Below are positions 30,114-41,736 of a stretch of DNA of 64,000 bases, one piece after another. The stretch is from positions 32,001 through 96,000 of the forward strand of contig CAWDSQ010000024.1 of NCBI GenBank assembly GCA_963804955.1, in the 5' to 3' direction. Each line of letters begins with the position of its first letter. The first letter of the stretch is position 1. Origin of the DNA: an uncultured delta proteobacterium. Its GTDB lineage: Bacteria; Desulfobacterota; WTBG01; CAIYCZ01; CAIRTM01. Below the pieces are notes generated by a model that saw only the letters and a list, made by a program, of their open reading frames with translations, searched no databases and was not told the origin of the DNA. Made by a program: the position numbers and the translations under genes.

Positions 30114-31558
30114 TCATTTATTGTCGGCGCTTGTACAAAGCATGCTGCCGCCTGTTCAACAGCTTTGTTTCCGTTCCGATTTTTATAAAAATCCTGGGGG
30201 CGGGGATGCTGGTCGTGCTGATCTTTGGATCCATCGTGCTCTACAGAAGCCGCACCAGCATGGCGCAGACGCTCTATACTGAGCTTGAAGACCAGACGCG
30301 CAACCTGGCGGTGCTGATGGCTCTGAATTTAGAGCGGTCAATGGCTATTAAAGATTATTTAAACGCAAAAATATTTCTTGATGCCGCTCAGCAGGCTAAT
30401 CCGAATATCGAATATATTATCGTCGAAGACCAGATGAGCCGCATAGTCGCCCATACGTTTGAGGGGGCTGTTCCGGCTGATCTGGTAAGGCTGTATCCCC
30501 AGGTGAAAGCGACGGATAAAAATGTTTCTGTTGAAGTATTAGGAGCTCCCCGGGGCTTTATCATAGAAGCAGCGATGCCCTTCACCCATAACGCACTCGG
30601 ACGCGTCAGGATAGGGCAGAGCGACCGGTACATTAGACAGCGCATCCTTGCCCTGAACAGGCTGCTGCTGTTTTCAACGATACTGTGCGCAATGCTCGGG
30701 TTTTTCCTGGCGGCCATATTGACCTACCTGATAACCAGGCCGGTAAAAAATCTTCTGGCAGCGACCAACCGGATCAGCAATGGCGACTTTTCCTCACGGG
30801 CGCGTGTTTTCTGGAATGATGAAATAGGCAGATTCGCCACGGCATTCAATCACATGGCTGAAAACCTGCAGGAGTTTCGCCGGCAGGTTGAAGAAAAGGA
30901 GGCCAACAGGCAGTCTCTGCTTGAAAAGCTCATCATCACCCAGGAGCTGGAGCGCCGGCGGATTTCGCAGGACCTTCACGACCAGCTCGGGCAATCCCTG
31001 TCGGTGCTGCTGCTGGAAGCCAGGTCCATGGATGACAAAGGCCGCATCTGTTGCGAAAAGCACAAAATTATCGAACAGCGGATAGCCGAACTGATAGATG
31101 AAGTTCGCCAGATCGCCTGGACCATGCACCCCTCGATTCTTGATGATTACGGCCTTGACCAGGCTCTTGAGCGCTATATTGCCATCATCGCGAAATCAAC
31201 CAGAATTAATATAGACTATCAGAGCCTCTGTCATCCGGGCCTTGAGCGCCTTCCCTACAGGACCGAGGTCGCCCTCTACCGCATCGCCCAGGAGGCCATC
31301 ACCAATATCGTGCGTCACGCAAAAACAGATCAGGCCAGCGTGGTCTTTATGAGAAACGAGAGCGAGGCTGTTCTGCTGATTGAGGATAACGGACAGGGGT
31401 TTGATTGCACGGCTCTTCCCCGGGAAGACTCCATCCACATGGGGCTTACCGGGATGTGTGAGCGGGCGTCAATGCTTGGAGGTACATTGACCCTGGAGTC
31501 CGCGCCCGGCCAGGGAACCACCGTACGCGTAAAATTTCATCAAGAGGTCCGGTTATGA
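30098..31558 (+). CDS. Sensor histidine kinase (2 TM, HAMP, HisKA_3)
   Basis: ERRRISQDLHDQLGQSL, QEAITNIVRHA, EDNGQGFD, GLTGMCER. Confidence 0.95.
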   Translation: MESQIVIYCRRLYKACCRLFNSFVSVPIFIKILGAGMLVVLIFGSIVLYRSRTSMAQTLYTELEDQTRNLAVLMALNLERSMAIKDYLNAKIFLDAAQQANPNIEYIIVEDQMSRIVAHTFEGAVPADLVRLYPQVKATDKNVSVEVLGAPRGFIIEAAMPFTHNALGRVRIGQSDRYIRQRILALNRLLLFSTILCAMLGFFLAAILTYLITRPVKNLLAATNRISNGDFSSRARVFWNDEIGRFATAFNHMAENLQEFRRQVEEKEANRQSLLEKLIITQELERRRISQDLHDQLGQSLSVLLLEARSMDDKGRICCEKHKIIEQRIAELIDEVRQIAWTMHPSILDDYGLDQALERYIAIIAKSTRINIDYQSLCHPGLERLPYRTEVALYRIAQEAITNIVRHAKTDQASVVFMRNESEAVLLIEDNGQGFDCTALPREDSIHMGLTGMCERASMLGGTLTLESAPGQGTTVRVKFHQEVRL

Positions 31559-32211
31559 GCATTAAGCTAATGATTGCCGATGATCATGCTGTTTTTCGAA
31601 GCGGGCTGCGCGCTCTGCTCGAAAAAGAAAAAGGGTTTCAGGTCGTCGCTGAAGCAGGTGATGGCAATGAAACGGTAAAGAAGGCGTGCAGGGAAGATAT
31701 TGACGTGCTCATCCTTGATATAAATATGCCGGGAATGACCGGGCCCATGATCGCCGAAGAAGTCCTGAAAAAAAAGCCCCGGCTGTCGATAGTAATTTTA
31801 ACGATGCATGATGAGGAGTATTACCTGCAGGAGCTTTTTAAAATAGGCGTGCGCGGCTTTGTGCTTAAAAAATCAACCGGCACTGACCTGCTGCAGGCAA
31901 TCCATGCCGCCGTGCGCGGCGAGCAGTACATTGATCCCTCCCTGACCAGGTGCGTGCTTTCCCGCTATATAGGCTCCCCGGACACGAAAGCGCCCGGCCA
32001 GAGCAGAAAAGACCTGCTTACCCAGCGCGAACAGCAGGTCTGCCAGCTGCTTGCTTATGGGCACACCAACAGCGAAATTGCCGAAAAGCTTTTCATTTCG
32101 GAGAGGACTGTTGAGACCCACCGCTCCAATATCTATGCAAAGCTGGGGCTGAACAACCGGGTGGAGCTGGTGCGCTTTGCCATAGATAACGGCCTGATGC
32201 TTCGCCCGTGA
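31555..32211 (+). CDS. NarL/LuxR-family response regulator
   Basis: IADDH..LDINMPG; LTQREQQV...ISERTVETHRSNI. Confidence 0.96.
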   Translation: MSIKLMIADDHAVFRSGLRALLEKEKGFQVVAEAGDGNETVKKACREDIDVLILDINMPGMTGPMIAEEVLKKKPRLSIVILTMHDEEYYLQELFKIGVRGFVLKKSTGTDLLQAIHAAVRGEQYIDPSLTRCVLSRYIGSPDTKAPGQSRKDLLTQREQQVCQLLAYGHTNSEIAEKLFISERTVETHRSNIYAKLGLNNRVELVRFAIDNGLMLRP

Positions 32212-32319
32212 GGCGCTGCCTGATTCTGAAGCTGCACGGTCGGGGAATCTGCAAGCTGATCGGTACTGCCGTGCTGTATTCACGGAACTACTGTACCCGT
32301 GCCCGGCGGTGATGGAGGC

Positions 32320-34743
32320 TCAGGTGGGAATGGTCATGGGCTCACGCAACAGCAGCTCGATTGTAGACCTGGCTTTAGCTGCCAGCACCGGATGCGTGGC
32401 TTCAAGCGAGGCGATCTGCCGCAGATTGTCGGCGGTTCGGAACACAAGCATGGCAAGGTCTCCCTCATCGACGGAGGTAAGCTCTATGACCCGCTCCCAG
32501 CTTTCTCCAGCCGCCCAGGTATACAGCGCCGCGGCGGGCCAAAACTGCATTTGCGGCACATAAAAGCCATGCGCTTTCTTCAAGGCTAAAATGTCATCAA
32601 CAGCACTCTTCATCCGGTAATAGGCGGACAGCAGCGGGCGCTTGTCCCAGTGCATGCCCTGTTTCAGATCGATATCCCTGAATTTATCATTCACAAAAAT
32701 AGCAATGATGCCGGCAAGCAGCTCAGGGGCAAGATCACCCAGCATGTTCTTGCGAATGAGCTCCGCAATAATAAGCGGCTGATCAAGGCGAAGCTTTGAC
32801 GCCCAGATGCCGTCCCCGGTAAGCTTGCCATCGGAGCCGACATACCCGTTGAGAACTAAAAAATCAAGATGACGCTGAAAGTCGCGCCAGAGAGAACTTC
32901 GGGACTCTTCAAGGGCGGCTGCCAGCTCCTGCGCCCGGCGCACCTGCTTGACAAATTGAGAATTGCGGTCCTGATAGCAGAGTGCATAGGCCGGGCATGC
33001 GGCGCAGGGGAGCTCCTGCAGCTGCTGCTCAAGGGCATGAATCCGTTCATTGAACTCCTCAACGGTTTTATTGCCCTCGACATCCGTCTCGGCAAACAGG
33101 CATGCCTTGATATAATTTTTGCGCTTCTTCTTCGTTCGCGACAGCCTTCGTGTCTGCACACGGCGGAGTTCCGTACGATCAAGTATCTGCTCAAAGCTCC
33201 GGCAGCCGGATCCCGCCATCTGCTGCATAACCCTTTCTATGACCCGGGTGGCGCTTGCCTCAAGCCTCTGCAGCGCTGGCAGCCGCTGGTATGCGGCAAA
33301 GGATGCTTTGACCAGCTCCCGAATATCATCAGGGCTCTGGCTCAGGAGCAGGTTCAGGGCCATGGAAAAATTGATGGTAATCTGGCTTTCAATGGGTTCG
33401 GGCTTATTTGAAAACAGCTCGTCGATAAGGTGCGGGTTCAGAAAGGGGCCGTGGGCAATGACGGCAAAGCCGATTTTATCTTTACCGCGGCGGCCTGCGC
33501 GGCCGGTTGCCTGGTGCAGATCGCTGGCCGACAGGCTGACAAACTCGCGGCCGTTAAAACGGTCGCTCTGCACAAGGACCACGGTGCGGGCAGGAAAATT
33601 CACGCCTGCGGCCACCGTGGATGTGGAAAAAATAGCGTCCAGATAGCCCTCATTCATGAGCTTTTCCAGCACGATCTTCCAGTGCGGAAGCTGCCCGCCA
33701 TGATGGGCGCAAAGGCCGTGATGCTCGGCATAGAGCAGCTGCGGGTGCCGCTCAAGAAAAGGATATTCCTTTAAAAACTCTTCAATCCGGACGCGAAGGC
33801 GCGCCGCCTGCTCAGGCTTGATCATGTGCCGCTTGCAGGCAAGCAGGGCATTATTGCACTCCATGCGTGATTTGAGGAAAAAAATAGCCGGCAGTAAATT
33901 ATACGCGGTCAGAGTTTCAAGGATATGCTCATAGGAAATGGCGCTGCCCTGACGGAATTTCGATCTGGGTGCCTGCTGTAAAGCATGAACTATTTTCGGC
34001 GATATGCCGCCGGCATCCGAAAGCGGGACAAGCTCACCATCGGGCAGCAGATACAGCGGATAGATAGGCACTGGGCGCCGTTCGGAATGCACCACGGTGC
34101 AGGGATGCTTGCGGACAACGCTGAGCCATGCGGCAATCTCGGCGTCATTGGGTATTGTGGCAGACAGCATGAGAAGCCGTACGCGGCTGGGCAGATAAAT
34201 CATTACCTCTTCCCATACGACGCCCCGGTCGCGGTCGCCCAGATAATGGGCCTCATCAAGAACGACCAGGTCGGACCTGAAATCCGTGCTTGTAGCCATG
34301 GAGTCATAGAGCTGGTTTCTCAAAATTTCCGTGGTGCCCACGATGATAGGAGCATTGGTATTTTCCTTGCGGTCGCCGGTCAGCACGCCTACATTGTCCT
34401 CACCGAACTCGGCGCAGAACTCGTGGTATTTCGAATTTGAGAGAGCCTTGAGGGGAGAGGCATACCAGGAGCGCCTTCCTTCTGCAAGCACCCGCTTCAT
34501 TGCCTGAACCGCAATCCAGGTTTTTCCGCTGCCCGTGGGCGCGCTCACCAGGACATCGGTCTGCTGAATTTTTTCGAGTGCATCCAGCTGGAAATCATCC
34601 GGGATGAATGCTGACGGAGGAGGAGTGCCGATACCGGCAAATATTTTTTTCAGCTGCCGGTCTGCTTTGGGCTCAAATCGTTCCCGGGCGGGCGGATGAT
34701 GCTCATGCTCGGCTGCTTTTCGTTTCCTGCGGGGATAGTTCAC
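32320..34743 (-). CDS. Ski2/HelY-like DExH-box RNA helicase
   Basis: APTGSGKT, PLKALSNSKY, DEAH, LSAT, QATGRAGRRG, DSHCT-like tail. Confidence 0.92.
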   Translation of the reverse strand: MNYPRRKRKAAEHEHHPPARERFEPKADRQLKKIFAGIGTPPPSAFIPDDFQLDALEKIQQTDVLVSAPTGSGKTWIAVQAMKRVLAEGRRSWYASPLKALSNSKYHEFCAEFGEDNVGVLTGDRKENTNAPIIVGTTEILRNQLYDSMATSTDFRSDLVVLDEAHYLGDRDRGVVWEEVMIYLPSRVRLLMLSATIPNDAEIAAWLSVVRKHPCTVVHSERRPVPIYPLYLLPDGELVPLSDAGGISPKIVHALQQAPRSKFRQGSAISYEHILETLTAYNLLPAIFFLKSRMECNNALLACKRHMIKPEQAARLRVRIEEFLKEYPFLERHPQLLYAEHHGLCAHHGGQLPHWKIVLEKLMNEGYLDAIFSTSTVAAGVNFPARTVVLVQSDRFNGREFVSLSASDLHQATGRAGRRGKDKIGFAVIAHGPFLNPHLIDELFSNKPEPIESQITINFSMALNLLLSQSPDDIRELVKASFAAYQRLPALQRLEASATRVIERVMQQMAGSGCRSFEQILDRTELRRVQTRRLSRTKKKRKNYIKACLFAETDVEGNKTVEEFNERIHALEQQLQELPCAACPAYALCYQDRNSQFVKQVRRAQELAAALEESRSSLWRDFQRHLDFLVLNGYVGSDGKLTGDGIWASKLRLDQPLIIAELIRKNMLGDLAPELLAGIIAIFVNDKFRDIDLKQGMHWDKRPLLSAYYRMKSAVDDILALKKAHGFYVPQMQFWPAAALYTWAAGESWERVIELTSVDEGDLAMLVFRTADNLRQIASLEATHPVLAAKARSTIELLLREPMTIPT

Positions 34744-34975
34744 GGCTTATAGGGTTTCTAATAATTCATCTGGCAATTCAGTGCTGTTCCGGCAGTTCGG
34801 ATAGTAAAGGACGCGCCGCAGCTTGTAAAGCATATTAATTGCCCCTGTCGCGCCTGTTTCAGTTAACTATCTAAAAAATCATCAACAAAATGCTTTTATG
34901 AATACCGGATTTATGGTAATAGATACATCTTTTTATGCGTACTTTAATTTATCTATCTATAAAGGAGTTCCGACT

Positions 34976-36241
34976 ATGTTCGAACATGAGTTTGAAGCCA
35001 CAGAAAAGCTTATACACGGCCAGAACAGCTGGCGCAGCCGCGCCATCAATCTGATTGCCAGTGAAAATATCCTGAGCAATCGGGTGCGGGCTCTTGCAGG
35101 GTCAGACTTTGCCCATCGCTATGCCGAAGGCCATCCCGGCGAGCGGTATTACCGTGGCACTAACTTCATTGATGAAATCGAGAGCAAGCTCAAATCAAAT
35201 CTTAAAATTCTCTTTAATTGCGACCACACCGAAGTTCGCCCCATCAGCGGCACTAATGCCAATGAAGCTGTTTTCAGCAAATTCGTTTCATCCAATGATA
35301 TCGTCATGGCAAACTCTACTCCCGGCGGCGGCCATATCAGCCATCACCGCATCGGATCGCTGGGCAAATTCACCAAGAACATCATCGATTTTCCCATCAC
35401 CCCCGACGGCTACCACATGGATGTGGAAAAAACCAAATACCTGATTCAAAAAATAAAGCCCAAGCTTATCGTGCTCGGCAAAAGCCTGTTTCTGTTCCCC
35501 GAGCCGATTAAAGAGCTGGTTGATGTCTGTCAGGCAAACAAAGTCAAAATCGTTTATGATGCCGCTCATGTGCTCGGGCTTGTCGCCATGAAAAAATTCC
35601 AGACCCCCCTTCAGGACGGCGCATATCTGATTACCGGCAGCACGCATAAAACCTATTTCGGCTCGCAGCGCGGCGTCATCCTGAGCAATATGGGGCCTGA
35701 TGACTGGCGCAAGATAGACCGCGGCGCTTTCCCCGGCTCCTCAAGCAATCATCACCTTGACACACTGGCCCAGCTTGCCCTTGCCACCTATGAAATGATG
35801 GAATTCGGCGAGGCCTATGCTGAGCAGGTTATTGTAAATGCCAGGGCGCTTGCAGCCGCACTTGACAAACGCGGATTTACCGTTGAAGGCAAGGAGTTCG
35901 GATATACGGAGAGCCATCAGGTTGCAGTCAATGTAGCAAATGTGGGCGGCGGAGAAAAGGTGTCCAAAGAGCTTGAAATAAATGACATCATCCTCAACAT
36001 GAACATGCTTCCCCATGAGCCGCTCAGCAATCATGACCATCCCGACGGCATCCGCATCGGCGTTCAGGAAATGACCCGTCTTGGCATGAAAGAGCCGGAA
36101 ATGGATCGCATCGCCGAGCTGATGCAGGAATGCATCATGAAAAACATGCCGGTAAAAGACGAGGTGAACAAATTCCGGGATGCGTATCAGGCAGTTCAGT
36201 ACAGCTATGATGAAAAAGCCCATGCAAAAGCCAAAAAATAA
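34976..36241 (+). CDS. glyA: Serine hydroxymethyltransferase (archaeal-like sequence)
   Basis: NLIASEN, YAEG.PG.RYY, YDAAHV, STHKT PLP-lysine motif. Confidence 0.93.
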   Translation: MFEHEFEATEKLIHGQNSWRSRAINLIASENILSNRVRALAGSDFAHRYAEGHPGERYYRGTNFIDEIESKLKSNLKILFNCDHTEVRPISGTNANEAVFSKFVSSNDIVMANSTPGGGHISHHRIGSLGKFTKNIIDFPITPDGYHMDVEKTKYLIQKIKPKLIVLGKSLFLFPEPIKELVDVCQANKVKIVYDAAHVLGLVAMKKFQTPLQDGAYLITGSTHKTYFGSQRGVILSNMGPDDWRKIDRGAFPGSSSNHHLDTLAQLALATYEMMEFGEAYAEQVIVNARALAAALDKRGFTVEGKEFGYTESHQVAVNVANVGGGEKVSKELEINDIILNMNMLPHEPLSNHDHPDGIRIGVQEMTRLGMKEPEMDRIAELMQECIMKNMPVKDEVNKFRDAYQAVQYSYDEKAHAKAKK

Positions 36242-36319
36242 CTGATTCCCGACGATCACAGCAAGCCCACAGCTCTTCTATGAGCTGTGGGCTTGCTCAT
36301 TCTTATGTGCCGGCCATGC

Positions 36320-37119
36320 ATGATCATTGATGCCCACACACATATATTCCCCGATAAATATGCCGCGACGATTCTGCAGGCTACGGCAAAAATGTTTAAT
36401 GTGCCGACCTTCGGCGCTGCCACTGCGGCTGATCTTCTTGAAAAAATGGACGGCTGCGGCATCTCCCACGCTGTCATTCATATGGTATCGCCCACGCCGT
36501 CGGGTGTTAGTGATACCAATACCTGGCTCATACAGCTCAAGCAGGACCGATTCATAAAATTCGGCACGCTGCACCCCGGTTTTAAAAAAATAGAAGAAGA
36601 GATACAGCGGCTGAAGGACGGGGGGGTGAAAGGTGTCAAGTTTCAGCCAGATGTGCAGCAGTTTACCCCGGATGAGCGGCAGAGCACCTATCATATCTAT
36701 GAAGCCCTCGCCAAACAGGGCATGACCGTCATGTTTCATGTGGGCGGGGAGCCCCTGCCCTCTGCCCGCGATCGTTCTAAGCCTTCTATGATCTTGAATA
36801 TCGCACGTGATTTTCCGGAATTGAAAATCATTGCCGCGCATCTGGGCGGGCTCAATATGTGGGAAGATGTCTATGAAATGCTTGCCGGAAGGGCCAATAT
36901 CTATTTGGAATCATCTCTCAGCTATGAATTTATCGAGCCGGCGCTTGCTGAAAAAATTATTCGCAAGCATGGTCATGACAAAATATTTTTCGGGACTGAT
37001 TATCCGTTTGGCGATGTCAAAACCTCGCTTGCTGCAGCGCGGTCTGTGCCGTTTCTGATCGGAGCAGGAAAAAGAAGACTATTCTGGGCAACAATGCCTG
37101 GAAATTCTTTTTCGGCTAA
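36320..37119 (+). CDS. Amidohydrolase_2 family metal hydrolase (C-terminal frameshift)
   Basis: IIDAHTH, FHVG, AAHLGG, FGTDYP. Confidence 0.9.
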
Positions 37120-37128
37120 AAAACCGCC

Positions 37129-37755
37129 CTACCATTTGCCCAGCAGCTGCAGCACGATGCGCTGACACACAACCACTATATCCTCTGCTGAAAAACACTG
37201 CTCAATGCTGCTGTTAAAAAGCATATGCGCCGATGCGGGAAATTCATCATCAGCCTTCCATACAACAATCGTGATCGTTACCAGCGGCAGAACCTGTATT
37301 TTGATCGAACAGTCACCGGCCTCAGTTTTCACAGCGCCCAGTATGCCGGCGCGCTCAAGCAAATACTCAGGGCTAGCTCCGAATGCTTTTACCAGCGGCT
37401 TTAAGCAGCGGTTTTCAAACAAATTGAAATAGAGCGCGGCTGATTTAATATCTTTGAAGCCCACCTCGCGGGATATGCCAGTCTGCGGCTGCGCATTGAG
37501 CAGATAATGAAGCAGCAGTATTTTATCCCAGACATGCAGCTCTTTCCCGTCAGCCCCGGTACACGAGCAAGAAGGCAGCACAAGACGTACGGCTGTGTTC
37601 AAATACTTCAGATCAAGGGTTGCCGATTGAGCTGCCGGCTCAATCAGCACAGCGCCGGAGTTTTCGCAACATGCCGTAAGATCAAGGTCAAGCACTTTGC
37701 GCCGGGCCAGCTCAAATGCCTCGTTGTAAGCTTTGTCAAAATTATTCATCTGCAT
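37129..37755 (-). CDS. DUF3786-family protein
   Basis: ILLLHYL, GDCS..I..LP.V...W.ADDEFPA...LF. Confidence 0.8.
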   Translation of the reverse strand: MQMNNFDKAYNEAFELARRKVLDLDLTACCENSGAVLIEPAAQSATLDLKYLNTAVRLVLPSCSCTGADGKELHVWDKILLLHYLLNAQPQTGISREVGFKDIKSAALYFNLFENRCLKPLVKAFGASPEYLLERAGILGAVKTEAGDCSIKIQVLPLVTITIVVWKADDEFPASAHMLFNSSIEQCFSAEDIVVVCQRIVLQLLGKW

Positions 37756-38058
37756 GGTAGCAATTACACCCAAAAAAAATTGCCTGATTTTGCCCTGGAC
37801 CCTCAGAACAAGCTTAGCTTTTTTTTACTATAACCGGGTAAACATCGTCCATAAAAAAACCGACATCCTAGTGCAGAACTTTGGCAAAAGCTGCAGTGAT
37901 TCAATCTGCATTCTTCAATGCCGTGTTTTTTGCTTCCGCCCTTTCAGGGCGAAATCAAGCCACCCGCTATGCGGGTAGTTGTTGACTTACCTGCTGTCAA
38001 TCAGGTAAATAATAAAGGGCCGCAGGACGCAGCCCTTCGAATATCTATGCCGGTCCGG

Positions 38059-39617
38059 TTAAACGCCATCGGCTTCATCCATCATTTTTTTCAGTTCCTG
38101 ACAAAGCCCAACGGTGACCTTTGTCAGGCCCTGATCCTGGGCATATGACTCAGTTCCCTCGATAGCTCCCTGCCGTACGCCGCCGGGTATTTTCATCATT
38201 ATAGCTTTGGCAGCTTCTTCCCAATCCATAGTAAATGTTGCCTTTATTTCCTGCGTGACCTCATTTCTAATTGCGAAAAGCCACACAAGCAGCACGATGC
38301 TTCCAATGCCCTTGAGGGCAAAAGCAGAACCGGGGCCGATCGAGTCAAACAAAACTCCGCCGAGTGAAAGAAAAAAAGAATGCCAATCGGCTGCATGGTG
38401 CACAGGCCGCCCATGACCGCGCCCATTAATGTTATTGGAGAGGCATCCATGGCAAGGGTATTAGCGCCGACAATAGATCCTGCCATGCCCACACCGGCAA
38501 AAACTGCAGCAAGAAAGCATACTGGGTGGAAGGGCCCCGGAGCAATCGCCAGGAGCAGCATGCTGATGCCTGCGCAGAGAACGCTGAATAAAATTGTCGG
38601 CATCCTTCCTTTTTTTTCAAGCATCACGCCGATAACAGGAAATGCCCCTAAAGATACCACACCCATGATTACCATGGGAATAACGGCCATGAGCGTTGCT
38701 TTGCCGGTATCATAGCCTGAAGCAGGTCCTTCTTTTACGGCCCAGGCAACCAGATAGGTTGCCAGAACCACGATGTCTGCGCGGGTAACCAGACAGCACA
38801 AATAGGCGGCTTTCAAAGCTTTGCTCTGCTTGACCAGAGGAAACACATCCTTGAGGCCCTGCTTCTCAGCGGCCTTCTCCGGCATCCTGTCTTTCATGAA
38901 AACTGCTGTCAGCAGGGCTCCTAATGCCGCAAACATCATGCAGGCATCAAAAGCGGCCAGCACGCCAGCTTTTTTTATAATAGCGCCAAATAAGCCAAAA
39001 ACCACAAGCGAGGCAAAGCCAATAGACATTCCATTAAAGGCCATGCCCTTGCCGCGATCCTTATCCCTGGTATAGTCGCCAACCATAGTAATGAATTGCG
39101 GAAAGCCAAGAATGAGCCCTATGCCGACCAAAAAACGCGCCACATAGGAAACGAGCAGTCCCGGTGCAAAAGGGGTAAATGAAGCGGCTTTATCAGGTGC
39201 GAAGCTCAGCCAGGCGCAGATTGTAGCAGCAATCTCGGGCGAAATACCCAGCCCAACAGCAATTTGATTGGAGATTTTAAACAGGTAGAAGGAAATGAAT
39301 AAAACGATAAAGCCTGCAAGAATCAGAATTTTGCGGCCCGTCTTATCAGACAAAGCCCCGATCAACGCGACAAAAAGCAGGGTTGCGACCTGGCTCATGT
39401 TTTGGTAAAAACTGATGATTGTGCCCGCAAAAACCTGATCGATGTTAATAATATCTTTCATGAAAGCCGGCTGAAGAACCGCCGGAACGCTCAGGAACAT
39501 GCCGATCAGGAAGCTGTTGAAAAACATGAAAAAATAGTTGGTCTTGGACAGACCCGGCAATATGGTGATACCGGCGAATTTAGGAGCTTTGATTATGGTT
39601 GCGTTTGAGTCGGCCAT
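38059..39617 (-). CDS. MFS transporter with C-terminal PCP_red-like domain (frameshift near 38375)
   Basis: GALSDKTGRK motif A; near-identical to 58598-60157. Confidence 0.88.
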
Positions 39618-39687
39618 TTTTCCTCCTTTATGATTTTTCTTTATTTATGTATTAAAACCTTATTCCTAGTATTTCGATTTTAAAAAT

Positions 39688-39722
39688 TTTATGTTGATGA
39701 ACCTTTATTGTCAACAATTAAA
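39688..39722 (-). promoter_or_regulatory. Putative promoter/operator of the MFS gene
   Basis: TTGACAATAAAGGTTCATCAACATAAA matches 24/27 positions upstream of the second MFS copy. Confidence 0.55.
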
Positions 39723-40120
39723 TACCTTACAGACCATGCTGAATAAAAAGATCTGATGTTGTAGTCCTGCTTAGATTCGAACCGCGCATTTCCTTTTTTC
39801 CCGGTTAGCATTGTGATTCTTGCTGCGGACGGCAGTTTTGTGTTTTTACTGGATAGTGTGATAACGCCTTGGGCTTAGCCTGCAGCTTTATTAACTGCAT
39901 GATATGTTTGGTAAGCTGAAATTTTCGGAGGTTTTTATTGATCCAGTTAGATAGCCGTAATGTGGGATTTATTAGTTGAAAAATAAATGCACACAATATA
40001 GGGGAGCGGTTTTGAGAGCGGCCTGCGATTCTGTTCGCAAATATCTTGAGGCGCGTCAGTCGTTTCTGAGTTGCCTACATCCTGACTTGCTGGAATATTG
40101 TGTATTACCCTTTTTGCAAA

Positions 40121-41257
40121 TCAGGTTTTCAGGCTCACAGCACCTGACAGTTCATCTATTAATTCCCTGACCGCAATGATTTTATCCACTCGCGACGCGA
40201 TTGCGCCGACGGTATACAGGGCGCCTTCGCCATCATTATGGCCTGCCGAACTGATCAAACCATTGCAAATACAGAAATACTTCCATCCTGGCATCCTTGC
40301 TGCGCATTTGGTTAAATGACCGTCACTATCCTTCTGCAGTACATAGCCTTTATTGCAAATGGGCAGTCGGGTCTGCTTCAATGTTGCGATATACAAGGGG
40401 GATTTCGCAAGCAGCCGAAAAGGCAGGCCGCAGGGAGAACACGGATACGCCGAGACGAGAATATCGTCGGCAGTAGCTTCGACGACCGCCTGCTTGTAGC
40501 TGTCAGTTGCGGAGCTTTCATGCGTGGCAAGAAAACGAGTTCCCATTTGCACGCCATCGGCGCCCAGGGCAATAAAGCGGAGTATGTCATCATGACTGTA
40601 AATGCCGCCTGCAACTATGACAGGAAAATCACCATGCTTTCTTGCCGTATCTTTAACCGGCGGAAACAAATTTTCCAGAGCGTTCCCGGGTAGCTGCCAT
40701 TGGTCTATCTGAAAACCGATATGCCCTCCTGCAAGGGGGCCTTCAAGCACAACCGCATCAGGTCGGTAGCCTAAGCGCTCCCATTTTTTACAAACAACTT
40801 CCAGTGCCCGGGCCGATGATATAATAGGGATAAGAGCCGTATCACGGGGAGGCTGAATCGACGGCAGCGACAGCGGCAGACCGGCTCCGGAAATTATGGC
40901 ATCCACACCGGCATCAAGGGCCCCCTTCACTGAGGCCTCATAGTCGCGCACGAGTGCAACCATAATGTTTATGCCGATGTAGCCTCCGTTTTGCTTCGCC
41001 TCGGTTATTTCGCAATATGCAGACTCCTGGGCGTCGACTTTTCTGCCCAGCCGCGCAGAAACAATCACATCAAGGGCCGCACTTGATACGACACCCGCCG
41101 CGCCCAAAACCGCCACGGCAGAGGCTAGACGATGCAATGATACGCCAACCCCCATGCCGCCCTGTATAATGGGCAGCCTGATTTTTTTACCTTTAATCTT
41201 CAGCTCCGGCAGAGAAGAACCGGAAAGCTCCGTAGGCTTATTCACCAGATTTTTCAT
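40121..41257 (-). CDS. Nitronate monooxygenase / FabK-like flavoprotein
   Basis: PIIQGGMGVGVS, EGPLAGGHIG, AGGI..GADGVQMGTRF. Confidence 0.9.
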   Translation of the reverse strand: MKNLVNKPTELSGSSLPELKIKGKKIRLPIIQGGMGVGVSLHRLASAVAVLGAAGVVSSAALDVIVSARLGRKVDAQESAYCEITEAKQNGGYIGINIMVALVRDYEASVKGALDAGVDAIISGAGLPLSLPSIQPPRDTALIPIISSARALEVVCKKWERLGYRPDAVVLEGPLAGGHIGFQIDQWQLPGNALENLFPPVKDTARKHGDFPVIVAGGIYSHDDILRFIALGADGVQMGTRFLATHESSATDSYKQAVVEATADDILVSAYPCSPCGLPFRLLAKSPLYIATLKQTRLPICNKGYVLQKDSDGHLTKCAARMPGWKYFCICNGLISSAGHNDGEGALYTVGAIASRVDKIIAVRELIDELSGAVSLKT

Positions 41258-41736
41258 AGCTTAACTCATTTTTCCCTTCATTCAGCGCTGTAAATCTAGA
41301 AGATGCCGACCTGAACGGTCTGAATCTTTTCAAAAACCTCATCGGGTATCTAATGTCTAAACTTCTCCTCAAACACCATTATAAGCTTCCCAGACCGATT
41401 GTATCCGACCCATGATCATCAGCATATGATGCTTCAGGAATGATGATATGAACTGACTTTGGTTATGAACAAAATATAAAATGAGGGCGATTGTATGTCA
41501 ATGTAAATGTGGGGACAAAATATGGCAGCGTGGTGCGCAGTTAAAATTGACGGGCTTGCAAAACATGATTGCCAAAAGTGACTGGCTGATATGTTTTCAA
41601 TATGTACTGGTGCAGACTATCGACTTAAAATTTGACAGTACGTGATATTGAAATACCAGCAATGCCAGCTTACGCCAGCTCCTTGATCCTGCCCTTTTTG
41701 CCGCGGGTAATTGATTGTAAATGATTTTTCAACAAG

